Of a DNA stretch of 41,644 bases, positions 16,081 to 24,892 are shown in pieces. Made by a program: the position numbers and the translations under genes. Under the pieces are notes generated by a model. It did no database searches and was not told where the DNA came from. It was given only the letters and a program-made list of their open reading frames with translations. This DNA comes from Bacteroidota bacterium. Lineage in GTDB: Bacteria > Bacteroidota > Bacteroidia > NS11-12g > UBA955. The stretch's first letter is position 1; each line of letters begins with the position of its first letter. The stretch is taken from the NCBI GenBank assembly GCA_009918425.1, contig RGEC01000001.1:1-41644 (forward strand), given 5' to 3'.

Positions 16081-18141
16081 ATGCTGCTATTCGCATTTCA
16101 AACACTGACTTCCGGTTGGTTTTTGATAGTGTGTTTGGCAGCAGCAGTCGGTTTAACCTATTTGCTATATAAAAAGGCGGCTCAATTTGAGAAGCCATGG
16201 AATTATGTGTTGCCGGCTTTGCGATTTATTGGCTTATTCTTTTTGTTTTTGTTATTGTTGTCTCCCTTTATAGTATTGACATTACAGCAGGAGGAAAAAC
16301 CCACAATGCTGGTGTATTTGGATAAAAGTGCTTCCGTAGCCTCAGAAACAGAGGAATTGTACGCGCAAAAACTTAAGAAAACACTATCCTCCCTTCAGGA
16401 TAAGTTCCATGTCAAAATCTACTCATTTGCAGATAGAATATATCAGTTTTCTGATACGGTAAAAGGGCCAAATGCTACTGACCTTGGGCAGATTTCAGCA
16501 CACATTAATGACTATAGAGATTCCCGCTCTGTTTCAGCAGTGCTCGTGGTTTCCGACGGGATTCAAAACCGGGGTGTAAGTCCGTTGGTGTTGCCATTGC
16601 ACAGCAATCCGCTTCTGTACTGCATTGGTTTGGGCGATACCACACCGGTAACAGATATTCGTATCACAGGAGTACAGGTAAATGAATCTGTTTTTTTGGG
16701 CAGTGAATTTACCCTGGAAGCCCAACTGCAATGTGATGTGGCCAATTCATCTGCCTTTAAAATTACTTTGTGGGAAGGTGCAACACCCATACAAAACCAA
16801 ACCGGGGTTTTTGATAAAGGCAATGCCTACAAAAGAATTTCATTCACACTGCAGGGTAAAAGTGCCGGAATTAAGCAATACAGGGTGGTGGTATCTTCGC
16901 TCCCCGGAGAAAAAAACCTGGCCAACAATCAGGCAACTGCAGTAACGGAAGTTGTGGATGATCGCAAAAAAATCACCTTGGTTATGGCAGCTTCCCATCC
17001 TGATTTGGGCGCTATAAAGAGATTATTGGAAGGTAATGCCCGTTATCAGGTGAGTATGGCAGATCCCGGACTGCTACCCAGTTCTGAATCCGCAGATATT
17101 TTCGTTGTGCATGGAATGCCACAAAACGCAAATCAGGCAGCATGGCTGAAAAAACTGTCTGATGCCGGTACGTCATTTTTACATATAAGCTCTTTGCAAA
17201 CCAAACGAAGTCTGCTGGGAGCTCTGCCGGGTGGAATATATCCTGCTATGGCTACTCAGGCTGAAGAAGTGGTAGCACAGCCGGTTCCCGGATTTTCTGA
17301 TATTTCATTTGAACCGGAAGTTTTAAGACGTATCGGTTCCTTCCCTCCGCTAAAGGTAGCCTACGGTAAATGGCAGTCCGATGCCAGTCAGAAAGTGCTT
17401 CTGAAACAAAGAATCGGCAATGTGGAAACCGATTATCCACTTTATTACTTTAGGGATATGAACAATCATCGAAGCGTATGGCTTTGCGGGGAGGGTTTCT
17501 GGCGCTGGCGAATGAAGGAATTTTCAGCCCATGGAGATTGTATGGCAACGGAATCTTTGCTCTTTCAGTCGCTGCAGTACCTTGCGGTTTCTGGCAAACC
17601 TAAATCATTTGCGCTCAAAGCTTCTAAAAATGAATACGAACCCGACGAGTCGACTGTGCTGCAGGCAACGTGGCTGGATGCTGCAGGCAACCGGGATAAT
17701 AAGGCGGCTTGCGAACTGTCGATTGAAGGAGAAAAGGGATTTAAGCGTGTAATGCAAATGGCTCGGTATAATGACGTTTACCGTTTGGAAACGGCCGTTT
17801 TGCCTCCCGGACAATATAAAGCGACTGCAAGGCTGGATAAAAACCCTGCGCAATTTGCGACAACTGTGTTTTTTGTCACTTCCATGGTTGCTGAAACCGC
17901 TCAAACCAGGGCTACACATGGGCTACTGCGTCAGTGGGCATCGCGATATGGCGGAATATTTGTAAACCGAAATGGCATTGAAGAATTAAAACCTATTCTG
18001 GAAAAACAGGAAACAGCCCGACCGGTTGTTTATAGCGAAACAAAAATTACAGAACTTATCCATGCCAAATGGTTTTTTCTGATTATTGTTCTTTGTTTTT
18101 CGCTGGAGTGGATTTTCCGAAAATATCTTGGTGGTTATTAA
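16081..18141 (+). CDS. VWA-domain membrane protein with BatA-like N-terminal double-TM anchor and C-terminal TM
   Basis: 686 aa. Two N-terminal TM helices, then a MIDAS-like LVYLDKSASV, VLVVSDGIQNRG and CIGLGDT. C-terminal TM WFFLIIVLCFSLEWIFRKYLGG. Function unknown. Confidence 0.5.
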   Translation: MLLFAFQTLTSGWFLIVCLAAAVGLTYLLYKKAAQFEKPWNYVLPALRFIGLFFLFLLLLSPFIVLTLQQEEKPTMLVYLDKSASVASETEELYAQKLKKTLSSLQDKFHVKIYSFADRIYQFSDTVKGPNATDLGQISAHINDYRDSRSVSAVLVVSDGIQNRGVSPLVLPLHSNPLLYCIGLGDTTPVTDIRITGVQVNESVFLGSEFTLEAQLQCDVANSSAFKITLWEGATPIQNQTGVFDKGNAYKRISFTLQGKSAGIKQYRVVVSSLPGEKNLANNQATAVTEVVDDRKKITLVMAASHPDLGAIKRLLEGNARYQVSMADPGLLPSSESADIFVVHGMPQNANQAAWLKKLSDAGTSFLHISSLQTKRSLLGALPGGIYPAMATQAEEVVAQPVPGFSDISFEPEVLRRIGSFPPLKVAYGKWQSDASQKVLLKQRIGNVETDYPLYYFRDMNNHRSVWLCGEGFWRWRMKEFSAHGDCMATESLLFQSLQYLAVSGKPKSFALKASKNEYEPDESTVLQATWLDAAGNRDNKAACELSIEGEKGFKRVMQMARYNDVYRLETAVLPPGQYKATARLDKNPAQFATTVFFVTSMVAETAQTRATHGLLRQWASRYGGIFVNRNGIEELKPILEKQETARPVVYSETKITELIHAKWFFLIIVLCFSLEWIFRKYLGGY

Positions 18142-18156
18142 CGAAATTTGCGGCTA

Positions 18157-19341
18157 ATGGCAAGGGTTGTAGTCGGTTTAAGTGGCGGTGTGGACAGCAG
18201 TGTGGCGGCGTATTTGCTTAAAGAGCAGGGACATGATGTCATCGGTCTTTTTATGCGCAACTGGAACGATGCTTCCCCTACGCTGGAAGATGAATGTCCA
18301 TGGATTGATGACAGCCGCGATGCTATGATGGTTGCCGAGCAACTGGGTATCCCATTTCAGATTCTTGATTTAAGTGCAGATTACAAAACGCGAATTGTTG
18401 ATTACATGTTTGCGGAATATGCGGCAGGTCGAACACCCAATCCCGATGTGCTATGTAACAGGGAAATAAAGTTTGATTTGTTTTTGCAAAATGCCCTAAA
18501 ACTGGGTGCTGATTTCGTGGCTACCGGTCACTATGTTAGAAAAGATAGTAAAATCATAGATGGGAAGGAGTATTTCAGGTTATTGCAGGGCAAGGATCCC
18601 AATAAAGACCAGAGTTATTTTCTATGTCAGTTGAATCAGGAGCAACTATCCAGGGCTCTTTTTCCGATTGGTCATTTGCAAAAATCTGAAGTACGTGAGA
18701 TTGCCGTAAATGCCGGCCTTCATGTTCACAGCAAAAAAGACAGCCAGGGACTTTGTTTCATTGGAAAAGTTTCATTGCCTGAATTTCTGCAGCAACAGCT
18801 GAAAACCAAAGAGGGCGATGTTGTTTTAATAGACAGGGAAGCGCCATCGGTGTTAGATCACATTCGGCGGATGGAGGAAGCAACCGGACCTGAAATCTGG
18901 GCAGAAAAACCCTGCTTTACACGTAAAGAAGGAAAAGTGATAGGGAAGCATAAAGGCGCTCATTTTTATACCATTGGGCAGCGCCGCGGGTTGCATATAG
19001 GTGGTACCGGATTACCCATTTTTGTGTTACAAACCGATGTAAAAGAAAATATTATTTATGTTGGCCTTGGTGAAGATCATCCTGCATTGCTGAGTAAGGC
19101 GCTGCAAGCCGATGATAATGGAATTCACTGGGTAAATCCGATGGCAAAAACACTGCTAAGCAGCGGAAAAAAAATGAAAGCGAGAATTCGGTACAGGCAG
19201 GCTCTTTTTGATTGTGAATTAAATATGACAGAAAATCGACAATTCTGTATCTTCCATACAGCACAGCGTTCAGTGACCCCCGGACAATTTTTAGCTGTAT
19301 ATTGTGAGGAAGAATTGATATGCAGTGCAACGATTAAGTAA
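18157..19341 (+). CDS. mnmA: tRNA 2-thiouridine(34) synthase MnmA
   Basis: Track ORF (TTG 18148) trimmed to ATG 18157 (MARVVVGLSGGVDSSVAA). PP-loop SGGVDSS, NPDVLCN, ATGHY, DQSYFL, KDSQGLCFIG. Confidence 0.92.
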   Translation: MARVVVGLSGGVDSSVAAYLLKEQGHDVIGLFMRNWNDASPTLEDECPWIDDSRDAMMVAEQLGIPFQILDLSADYKTRIVDYMFAEYAAGRTPNPDVLCNREIKFDLFLQNALKLGADFVATGHYVRKDSKIIDGKEYFRLLQGKDPNKDQSYFLCQLNQEQLSRALFPIGHLQKSEVREIAVNAGLHVHSKKDSQGLCFIGKVSLPEFLQQQLKTKEGDVVLIDREAPSVLDHIRRMEEATGPEIWAEKPCFTRKEGKVIGKHKGAHFYTIGQRRGLHIGGTGLPIFVLQTDVKENIIYVGLGEDHPALLSKALQADDNGIHWVNPMAKTLLSSGKKMKARIRYRQALFDCELNMTENRQFCIFHTAQRSVTPGQFLAVYCEEELICSATIK

Positions 19342-19358
19342 CAATAAGCGTCTATATA

Positions 19359-19366
19359 TAAATTTG
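19359..19366 (+). promoter_or_regulatory. -7 promoter box TAAATTTG
   Basis: Perfect TAnnTTTG, ending 9 nt before the ATG at 19376. Confidence 0.5.
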
Positions 19367-19375
19367 TAAAAATTT

Positions 19376-22300
19376 ATGAAAACCGCTAAGGCCATGGTGA
19401 TTAAGCACAGAATAGTACATAAAATATTCTTTTTATTTTCCCTTTTATTGATATCCAATGGGTTGCGAGCTCAGATATCATCTACGGGTAAGGTTTTTTA
19501 CATGTCTTTCATGGAAATGGAAGCTCGAACCGGGGGCTATCCGGATTCTCTGCTGATTTATGTGACTTCAGAAAAGAACACAACAATAGTTCTGGATAAT
19601 CCCAGGTTAGCAGGTTCAGCACAGACCATCAACATTACCGCGGGTGTAGTAAATAGAAGGGCTGTAGACCCTACATTTTATTATCCTCAGGGCTCTGAAT
19701 TTAACGCAGCAGACCTGAACAGTAAACGAGGTCTCCGTATTGTTGCGAAAGACCCTGTAAATGTGTACTGTATGAATCTTGAGCAGAACCGTTCTGACGG
19801 AACGTTTGTAATGCCCTATGAGTCTATTCCCCAGGCCCCTGTTTTCTATGTTACCGCATACACGCCCACACAGAAGCCGTCTTCTTTTATGCCGAGTCAG
19901 TTCGCCATCATTGCAATGGACAACAACGTTACAGTAGAAATAACGCCGTCTGTGAGGACGAAAGGAGGTAAACCGGCGGGTACAGCGTACACTGTTTCTA
20001 TGTCAAGGGGCCAGGTTTATCAGGTCCAGAGTGATCCTGCAGATGGCAATGTTTCAGACGGAACAAGTCTGGTAGGTGACCTTACAGGAACACGCATTCG
20101 TGTAATCAATGGTTGCGGAAAAATAAATGTTTTCTGCGGTATGAAATCGGTTAAAATTCCCAACACGTCCTGTGGTATTGCGGTTGATCATATTTACACA
20201 CAATTGTTCCCTACCTCAGTGCTCGGGACAAAACATGTGGTTATGCCTTTTAAGGATCAGACCAAAGGGTATGTTGTTAGGGTGTTGGCGACCAAGCCCA
20301 ATACCAAAATATCGGTAGATGGTACCTATATAGGATCTACCCGGAATGCAGGCCAATACTATTACCTTGACCAAACTACTTCGGTAGCAAAATGTATCAC
20401 ATCTGATAGCCCAATTTATGTAGTTCAGTATATGAAAAACGGCGGTACTTGTGCTGGTACAACCGGTAACGTAGGTGACCCGGCAATACTGATTATGCCC
20501 GATCAGGCTCAAAAGATGCTGAAAACAGTTGTAGGTACAGCCACCACCAGTAACATGAATAAACATTATGTGAATGTGTTGGTTGCTACTAAAGCGAAAG
20601 GGCTTGTAAAATTAAATGGAACGCTTGTCAGTTCTACCGCATTTACAGATGTGCCCTGTGCAGGTCATTCATACGCACAGTTGAATGTCAATAACCCATC
20701 TTCTAACGTCATAGAATGCGACTCTGGGCTTATTGCCGTGGCCTATGGTGTAGGTCAATATGAAAGTTATAGCTATTGCTCCGGTGCATTGTTTGAAAAC
20801 CTGGAATACGATTTTAAAATCACCAGGGCGAGCAAGTGCCCCAAATATCCCGTAAAAATTTCGGCCGTAGTTCCAAAAACGGTTAAGCCGCTTGGCATCA
20901 TTTGGGATTATGGCGATAATACAGCCAAAGATACAGGAACCAATGTTACCCATTCTTTCCTTAGAACAGGTGCATTTTATGTTACAATGAAAGTCATTGT
21001 AAAGGTGCCTTGCGGAGGTAACGATACTTTTACACGTTCAAAGATTATTGATATTTTACCCGGTCCTACTTTGAATTTCCCTGACACAATAATTAAGTGT
21101 GGTAATGCTAAAATTAACGAAGTATTTGACGCAGGTTCCAGTGTTAAATTTCTTTATAAATGGCAAGATAGCTCAAGTAAGCGTTTTTACACCGCCACCA
21201 ATACAGGTAAGGTATGGGTTAGGGTAAGAGATACTTCTACCAACTGCGCTGCCGTAGATTCAACCATTATTGTGAGGGCTACCCAAATTGATGCTAAACT
21301 GAATTTTGATACTGCATATAACTGCATAAATGTAAATAATTATGTGTTATCTGATAATACCAATTATTTTGGCGATAGCCGTAAATCTGTACTCTGGAAA
21401 CTTGCCAACCCATACAAAGCGGGTGATACTACAAGGTTAATAGATCTGGTATTCCGTAAAAAGTTTGATACAATAGGGAATTATTATCTGGAATATATAG
21501 TGTATACCAAAAAAGGGTGTTCTGATACCGTAAAAACAGTTTTAAAAGTAAACGGAATGCCAACGGCTAAGCTGTGGTCATCCAAGCCGTTTTATTGTCA
21601 GAATTCTATGGCTGATTTAATTGATTCCAGTTTTGGTGATGGCGGCATCGGAAAAACATTCTGGACCTGGGGTGATGGCGGTAAGGATACTGTCACTACA
21701 CGTTACGGCAGACATCGCTACAGTAACTATGATACGTTTAGTATTAATATGATTACCCAAACCGTTTATGGTTGCCGCGATACACTTGATTCAGCTTTTG
21801 TGGTGCACCCCGTTCCGGTATCAAAAATCACCAAAACAACCAATAATCAGTGTTTTAAACAAAATAGTTTTGACTTTACAGATAACAGCAGTCCATTGCC
21901 TTACGGCTCCTATAACCGGTATTGGAGATATAATGCAACCTCCACAACCGGAGTGTCTTCATTAACGGCTGTTAAATTCAAAGACACAGGTTTCTGGACA
22001 GTTACACGGGTAGATACTTCTAATTATGGTTGTATGGATTCGGTTAAAACTACAGTTTATGTGGCACCTGAACCCAAGGCCCGCCTGGTGGTTACTGACA
22101 GTAATAAATGTTTTAATCAACATTTCTTCAATTTGGATGACCGCTCTGTAATTGGTTCAGGAACTGTTGCTACCCGCAAATGGACTTTCTCTGATGGAAG
22201 TACAAGCACATCCAAAACAATAACCAATAAAAAATTTGCTGCCTGGGGTGTTTATACTGCCAAGCTTGTGGTAACATCCGGCCTTGGATGTAAAGACAGC

Positions 22301-23875
22301 TTAACCCGTTTGCTGGATGTGAGTCCTTCTCCAAAATCAGCCTTCAGCGTAAATAATGCCATTCAGTGCCTGAACGGCAACAGTTTCTCCTTCAGTCCGG
22401 ATAATATTTTAAACATCCCGGGAATAACGGTTTCGCACAAATGGGATTTTGGTGATAACTCATCGTCTACTGCTCAGAATCCTGTAATGTCTTATGCTGA
22501 TACGGGTTCCTATAAAGTGACATATGTTATGTCAACCAGCCTGGCGTGCCGCGATACTACGGTTCGCACCATGAGGGTGGAGCCGACTCCGAAGCCTTCG
22601 TTTACCCAGTCACCAGACAGTACTTGTCTGGGCAAAGCCAAATTTGACTTTACCAATACCACCAACTTTAAAGGTACGCTCACCTATAACTGGTCATTGG
22701 GTGATGGATCAAAGGCCACCACCAAAGATGTAGTCCAGAAAGATTACACCAGTGCAGGCAATTATACCATTAAACTTATTGTAACTTCACTTGCCGGTTG
22801 TAAGGATTCAACCACAAAAATGGTTAAGGTATTCCCGATTCCGCAGGCCAACTTCAGTATCAACGATGATTTGCAGTGTCTGAGCGGCAACAATTTTATC
22901 ATTACGGACAATTCCAATACAAACGGGGCAACCGGGGTGACTTATAACTGGACTATGACACCCGGCGGAAACTTTACCGGTAAGAATTATCCCAATCAGA
23001 TATTTACCGATACCGGAAATTATAGTCTCAAACTGGATGTGTTATCTGACCGTGGCTGTGGAAGCAGTATCACCAAGACTATGTATGTAGCTGAAACGCC
23101 ATATGTGGACATTACGTTTGACCCGGATGCATGTCAGGGCGAAACTGTGAATTTTACCTCTAATACCCTCATTAACAAGGGCAGTATTACCGGTTACAAC
23201 TGGAATTTCGGTGATGGGTCAAATGCATCAGTAGCCAACCCCAGTAAGGTTTACAATACTTCAGGTAATTTCAATGTGAGTCTGACCGTAACATCAAATA
23301 ATGGATGTACGGCAACTTCAACGGCCAAGCCTATGACAGTTTTTGCCAAGCCCGTTGCCAGCTTCACATCTGAATATCTCTTATCCCGTGGTATGGAGAC
23401 CGACTGGAAATTTGTGTTCACAGGAAGCAATGCTGCAGGTTATGACTGGCGCTTTGAAGACGGTCAAAACAGCAATGCGGCGGGACCTTTGTTCCTTACC
23501 TTTAATGATACAGGTAACTTCCGTGTGAAGCTCATTGTAACAAGCCCTGACTTCTGTGTGGATAGTGCCACTAAATTTATCTTCCTGAAACCAGAGCTTC
23601 TGTTCTGGTTGCCTACCTCATTCACGCCTAATAACGACGGGCTGAACGAGACATTTGGCCCCAACACAACTTTTGGCTTAAGCAAGTATAACATGCAGAT
23701 ATACGATCGCTGGGGTGGATTGCTTTTCACTACCAATGATCCTGCAAAATCATGGAATGGTACTGATGTGAAAGGAAGTCCGTTGCCCGAGGGGGTATAT
23801 GCTTATACCATTAATTTCCGCTATATTGATGGGAAATTGTTTGTTTACAAAGGCTCAGTAACTATCATTAGATAA
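19376..23875 (+). CDS. Giant secreted adhesin: IgGFc-binding-protein-like N-terminal domain, ~10 PKD-type repeats, T9SS type-B C-terminal sorting domain
   Basis: 1499 aa. Signal peptide ending LRAQ. The N-terminal ~450 aa (GKVFYMSFMEM ... GDPAILIMPDQAQ ... YESYSYCSG) resemble the IgGFc_binding N-terminal domain. Repeated PKD signatures include WDYGDNT, WTWGDGG, WTFSDGS, WDFGDNS, WSLGDGS, WNFGDGS and WRFEDGQ. The C-terminal LPTSFTPNNDGLNETF ... IYDRWGGLLF ... WNGTDVKGSPLPEGVYAYTI is a type-B CTD. Confidence 0.85.
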   Translation: MKTAKAMVIKHRIVHKIFFLFSLLLISNGLRAQISSTGKVFYMSFMEMEARTGGYPDSLLIYVTSEKNTTIVLDNPRLAGSAQTINITAGVVNRRAVDPTFYYPQGSEFNAADLNSKRGLRIVAKDPVNVYCMNLEQNRSDGTFVMPYESIPQAPVFYVTAYTPTQKPSSFMPSQFAIIAMDNNVTVEITPSVRTKGGKPAGTAYTVSMSRGQVYQVQSDPADGNVSDGTSLVGDLTGTRIRVINGCGKINVFCGMKSVKIPNTSCGIAVDHIYTQLFPTSVLGTKHVVMPFKDQTKGYVVRVLATKPNTKISVDGTYIGSTRNAGQYYYLDQTTSVAKCITSDSPIYVVQYMKNGGTCAGTTGNVGDPAILIMPDQAQKMLKTVVGTATTSNMNKHYVNVLVATKAKGLVKLNGTLVSSTAFTDVPCAGHSYAQLNVNNPSSNVIECDSGLIAVAYGVGQYESYSYCSGALFENLEYDFKITRASKCPKYPVKISAVVPKTVKPLGIIWDYGDNTAKDTGTNVTHSFLRTGAFYVTMKVIVKVPCGGNDTFTRSKIIDILPGPTLNFPDTIIKCGNAKINEVFDAGSSVKFLYKWQDSSSKRFYTATNTGKVWVRVRDTSTNCAAVDSTIIVRATQIDAKLNFDTAYNCINVNNYVLSDNTNYFGDSRKSVLWKLANPYKAGDTTRLIDLVFRKKFDTIGNYYLEYIVYTKKGCSDTVKTVLKVNGMPTAKLWSSKPFYCQNSMADLIDSSFGDGGIGKTFWTWGDGGKDTVTTRYGRHRYSNYDTFSINMITQTVYGCRDTLDSAFVVHPVPVSKITKTTNNQCFKQNSFDFTDNSSPLPYGSYNRYWRYNATSTTGVSSLTAVKFKDTGFWTVTRVDTSNYGCMDSVKTTVYVAPEPKARLVVTDSNKCFNQHFFNLDDRSVIGSGTVATRKWTFSDGSTSTSKTITNKKFAAWGVYTAKLVVTSGLGCKDSLTRLLDVSPSPKSAFSVNNAIQCLNGNSFSFSPDNILNIPGITVSHKWDFGDNSSSTAQNPVMSYADTGSYKVTYVMSTSLACRDTTVRTMRVEPTPKPSFTQSPDSTCLGKAKFDFTNTTNFKGTLTYNWSLGDGSKATTKDVVQKDYTSAGNYTIKLIVTSLAGCKDSTTKMVKVFPIPQANFSINDDLQCLSGNNFIITDNSNTNGATGVTYNWTMTPGGNFTGKNYPNQIFTDTGNYSLKLDVLSDRGCGSSITKTMYVAETPYVDITFDPDACQGETVNFTSNTLINKGSITGYNWNFGDGSNASVANPSKVYNTSGNFNVSLTVTSNNGCTATSTAKPMTVFAKPVASFTSEYLLSRGMETDWKFVFTGSNAAGYDWRFEDGQNSNAAGPLFLTFNDTGNFRVKLIVTSPDFCVDSATKFIFLKPELLFWLPTSFTPNNDGLNETFGPNTTFGLSKYNMQIYDRWGGLLFTTNDPAKSWNGTDVKGSPLPEGVYAYTINFRYIDGKLFVYKGSVTIIR

Positions 23876-23892
23876 TCTGATTATGGATACAT

Positions 23893-23926
23893 AAAAGAAA
23901 AGCCCCGGAAACGGGGCTTTTCTTTT
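23893..23926. terminator. Bidirectional rho-independent terminator
   Basis: Perfect 15-bp arms AAAAGAAAAGCCCCG-gaaa-CGGGGCTTTTCTTTT lie between the convergent adhesin gene and rpoD. Confidence 0.85.
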
Positions 23927-23945
23927 ATGAGAATTATAATAATTT

Positions 23946-24809
23946 TTATCCCAGGTAAGATTTGAGTATTTTACTTTTGCTGCTTTTGCGCAGGCGGCGC
24001 AGGGCTTTTTCTTTGATTTGGCGCACGCGTTCGCGGGTAAGGCCTACTTTCTCAGAGATGTCTTCAAGTGTATGTGCGGGATTTCCATCCAGTCCAAAAT
24101 AGTATTTCAAAACATCGCGTTCTTTATCGCTGAGGGTGCTGATAACGCGGTTAATTTCATTTTGCAGCGACTCATTGATGAGGGGCATATCCGGATTGGG
24201 TTCGTCGTTCTGATCAAGAACACCAAGCAGGGTATTGTCTTCACCTTCTGCCAGCGGAGCATCAATGCTCAAGTGTCGACCGCTGCTGCGCAGTGCATTT
24301 TCTACTTCGGTAAGAGGAATCTGCAAATGTTCAGCAATTTCTTCAGGTGTGGGTTCACGCTCGAGTTCCTGTTCCAGGCGAGCTGAGGCCTGCGTAATGC
24401 GGCCCAGACTACCAACTTTGTTCAGTGGCAGGCGTACGATACGGCTTTGGTCGGCCAGGGCCTGAAGGATGCTTTGGCGAATCCACCAAACGGCGTAGGA
24501 AATGAATTTAAAGCCGCGGGTTTCATCAAAGCGTCGTGCAGCTTTAATTAGGCCCATGTTGCCTTCGTTAATCAAATCACCCAGGGTAAGGCCTTGATTC
24601 TGGTATTGCTTGCTTACAGAAACCACAAATCGAAGGTTGGCGTTTACCAGTTTTTCCAGAGCTGCCTGATCTCCCTCGCGGATTCGGCGGGCTAATTCCA
24701 CCTCTTCCTGCGCATCAATCATCGGCACTTTGGAAATTTCGTTAAGGTATTTGTCGAGGGATTTGTTCTCCCGGTTGGTAAACTGCTTCGAAATTTTTAG
24801 TTGTCTCAT
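23946..24809 (-). CDS. rpoD: Primary RNA polymerase sigma factor (Bacteroidota sigma-A, lacks region 1.1)
   Basis: 287 aa. [65 protein letters not shown] and a region 4 [31 protein letters not shown]. Confidence 0.92.
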   Translation of the reverse strand: MRQLKISKQFTNRENKSLDKYLNEISKVPMIDAQEEVELARRIREGDQAALEKLVNANLRFVVSVSKQYQNQGLTLGDLINEGNMGLIKAARRFDETRGFKFISYAVWWIRQSILQALADQSRIVRLPLNKVGSLGRITQASARLEQELEREPTPEEIAEHLQIPLTEVENALRSSGRHLSIDAPLAEGEDNTLLGVLDQNDEPNPDMPLINESLQNEINRVISTLSDKERDVLKYYFGLDGNPAHTLEDISEKVGLTRERVRQIKEKALRRLRKSSKSKILKSYLG

Positions 24810-24842
24810 GTATGCTTTGGCTCCTGAATATATTTAGCCTTG

Positions 24843-24850
24843 CAAATATA
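24843..24850 (-). promoter_or_regulatory. -7 promoter box TATATTTG (minus strand) for rpoD
   Basis: Plus-strand CAAATATA is a perfect TAnnTTTG on the minus strand, 33 nt upstream of the rpoD ATG (24809). Confidence 0.5.
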
Positions 24851-24857
24851 CAATCGA

Positions 24858-24874
24858 AAAGCCCATTTGGCTTT
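24858..24874 (-). terminator. Weak hairpin/terminator after feoB
   Basis: The minus strand reads AAAGCC-aaatg-GGCTTTT, about 20 nt after the feoB stop. The stem is only 6 bp, so this is tentative. Confidence 0.35.
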
Positions 24875-24892
24875 GGAAAATATGAAATAATT

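Noticed and set aside
17436-17450. A DnaA-box-like TTATCCACT inside the VWA gene.
   Set aside because: It is a single imperfect copy in coding sequence, with no cluster and no AT-rich unwinding element nearby.
20800-23600. The repetitive region of the 1499-aa gene considered as a DNA-level tandem repeat, CRISPR-like array or contingency locus.
   Set aside because: Repeats are visible only at the protein level (PKD modules of ~80-90 aa with divergent DNA). There are no identical direct repeats or spacers.
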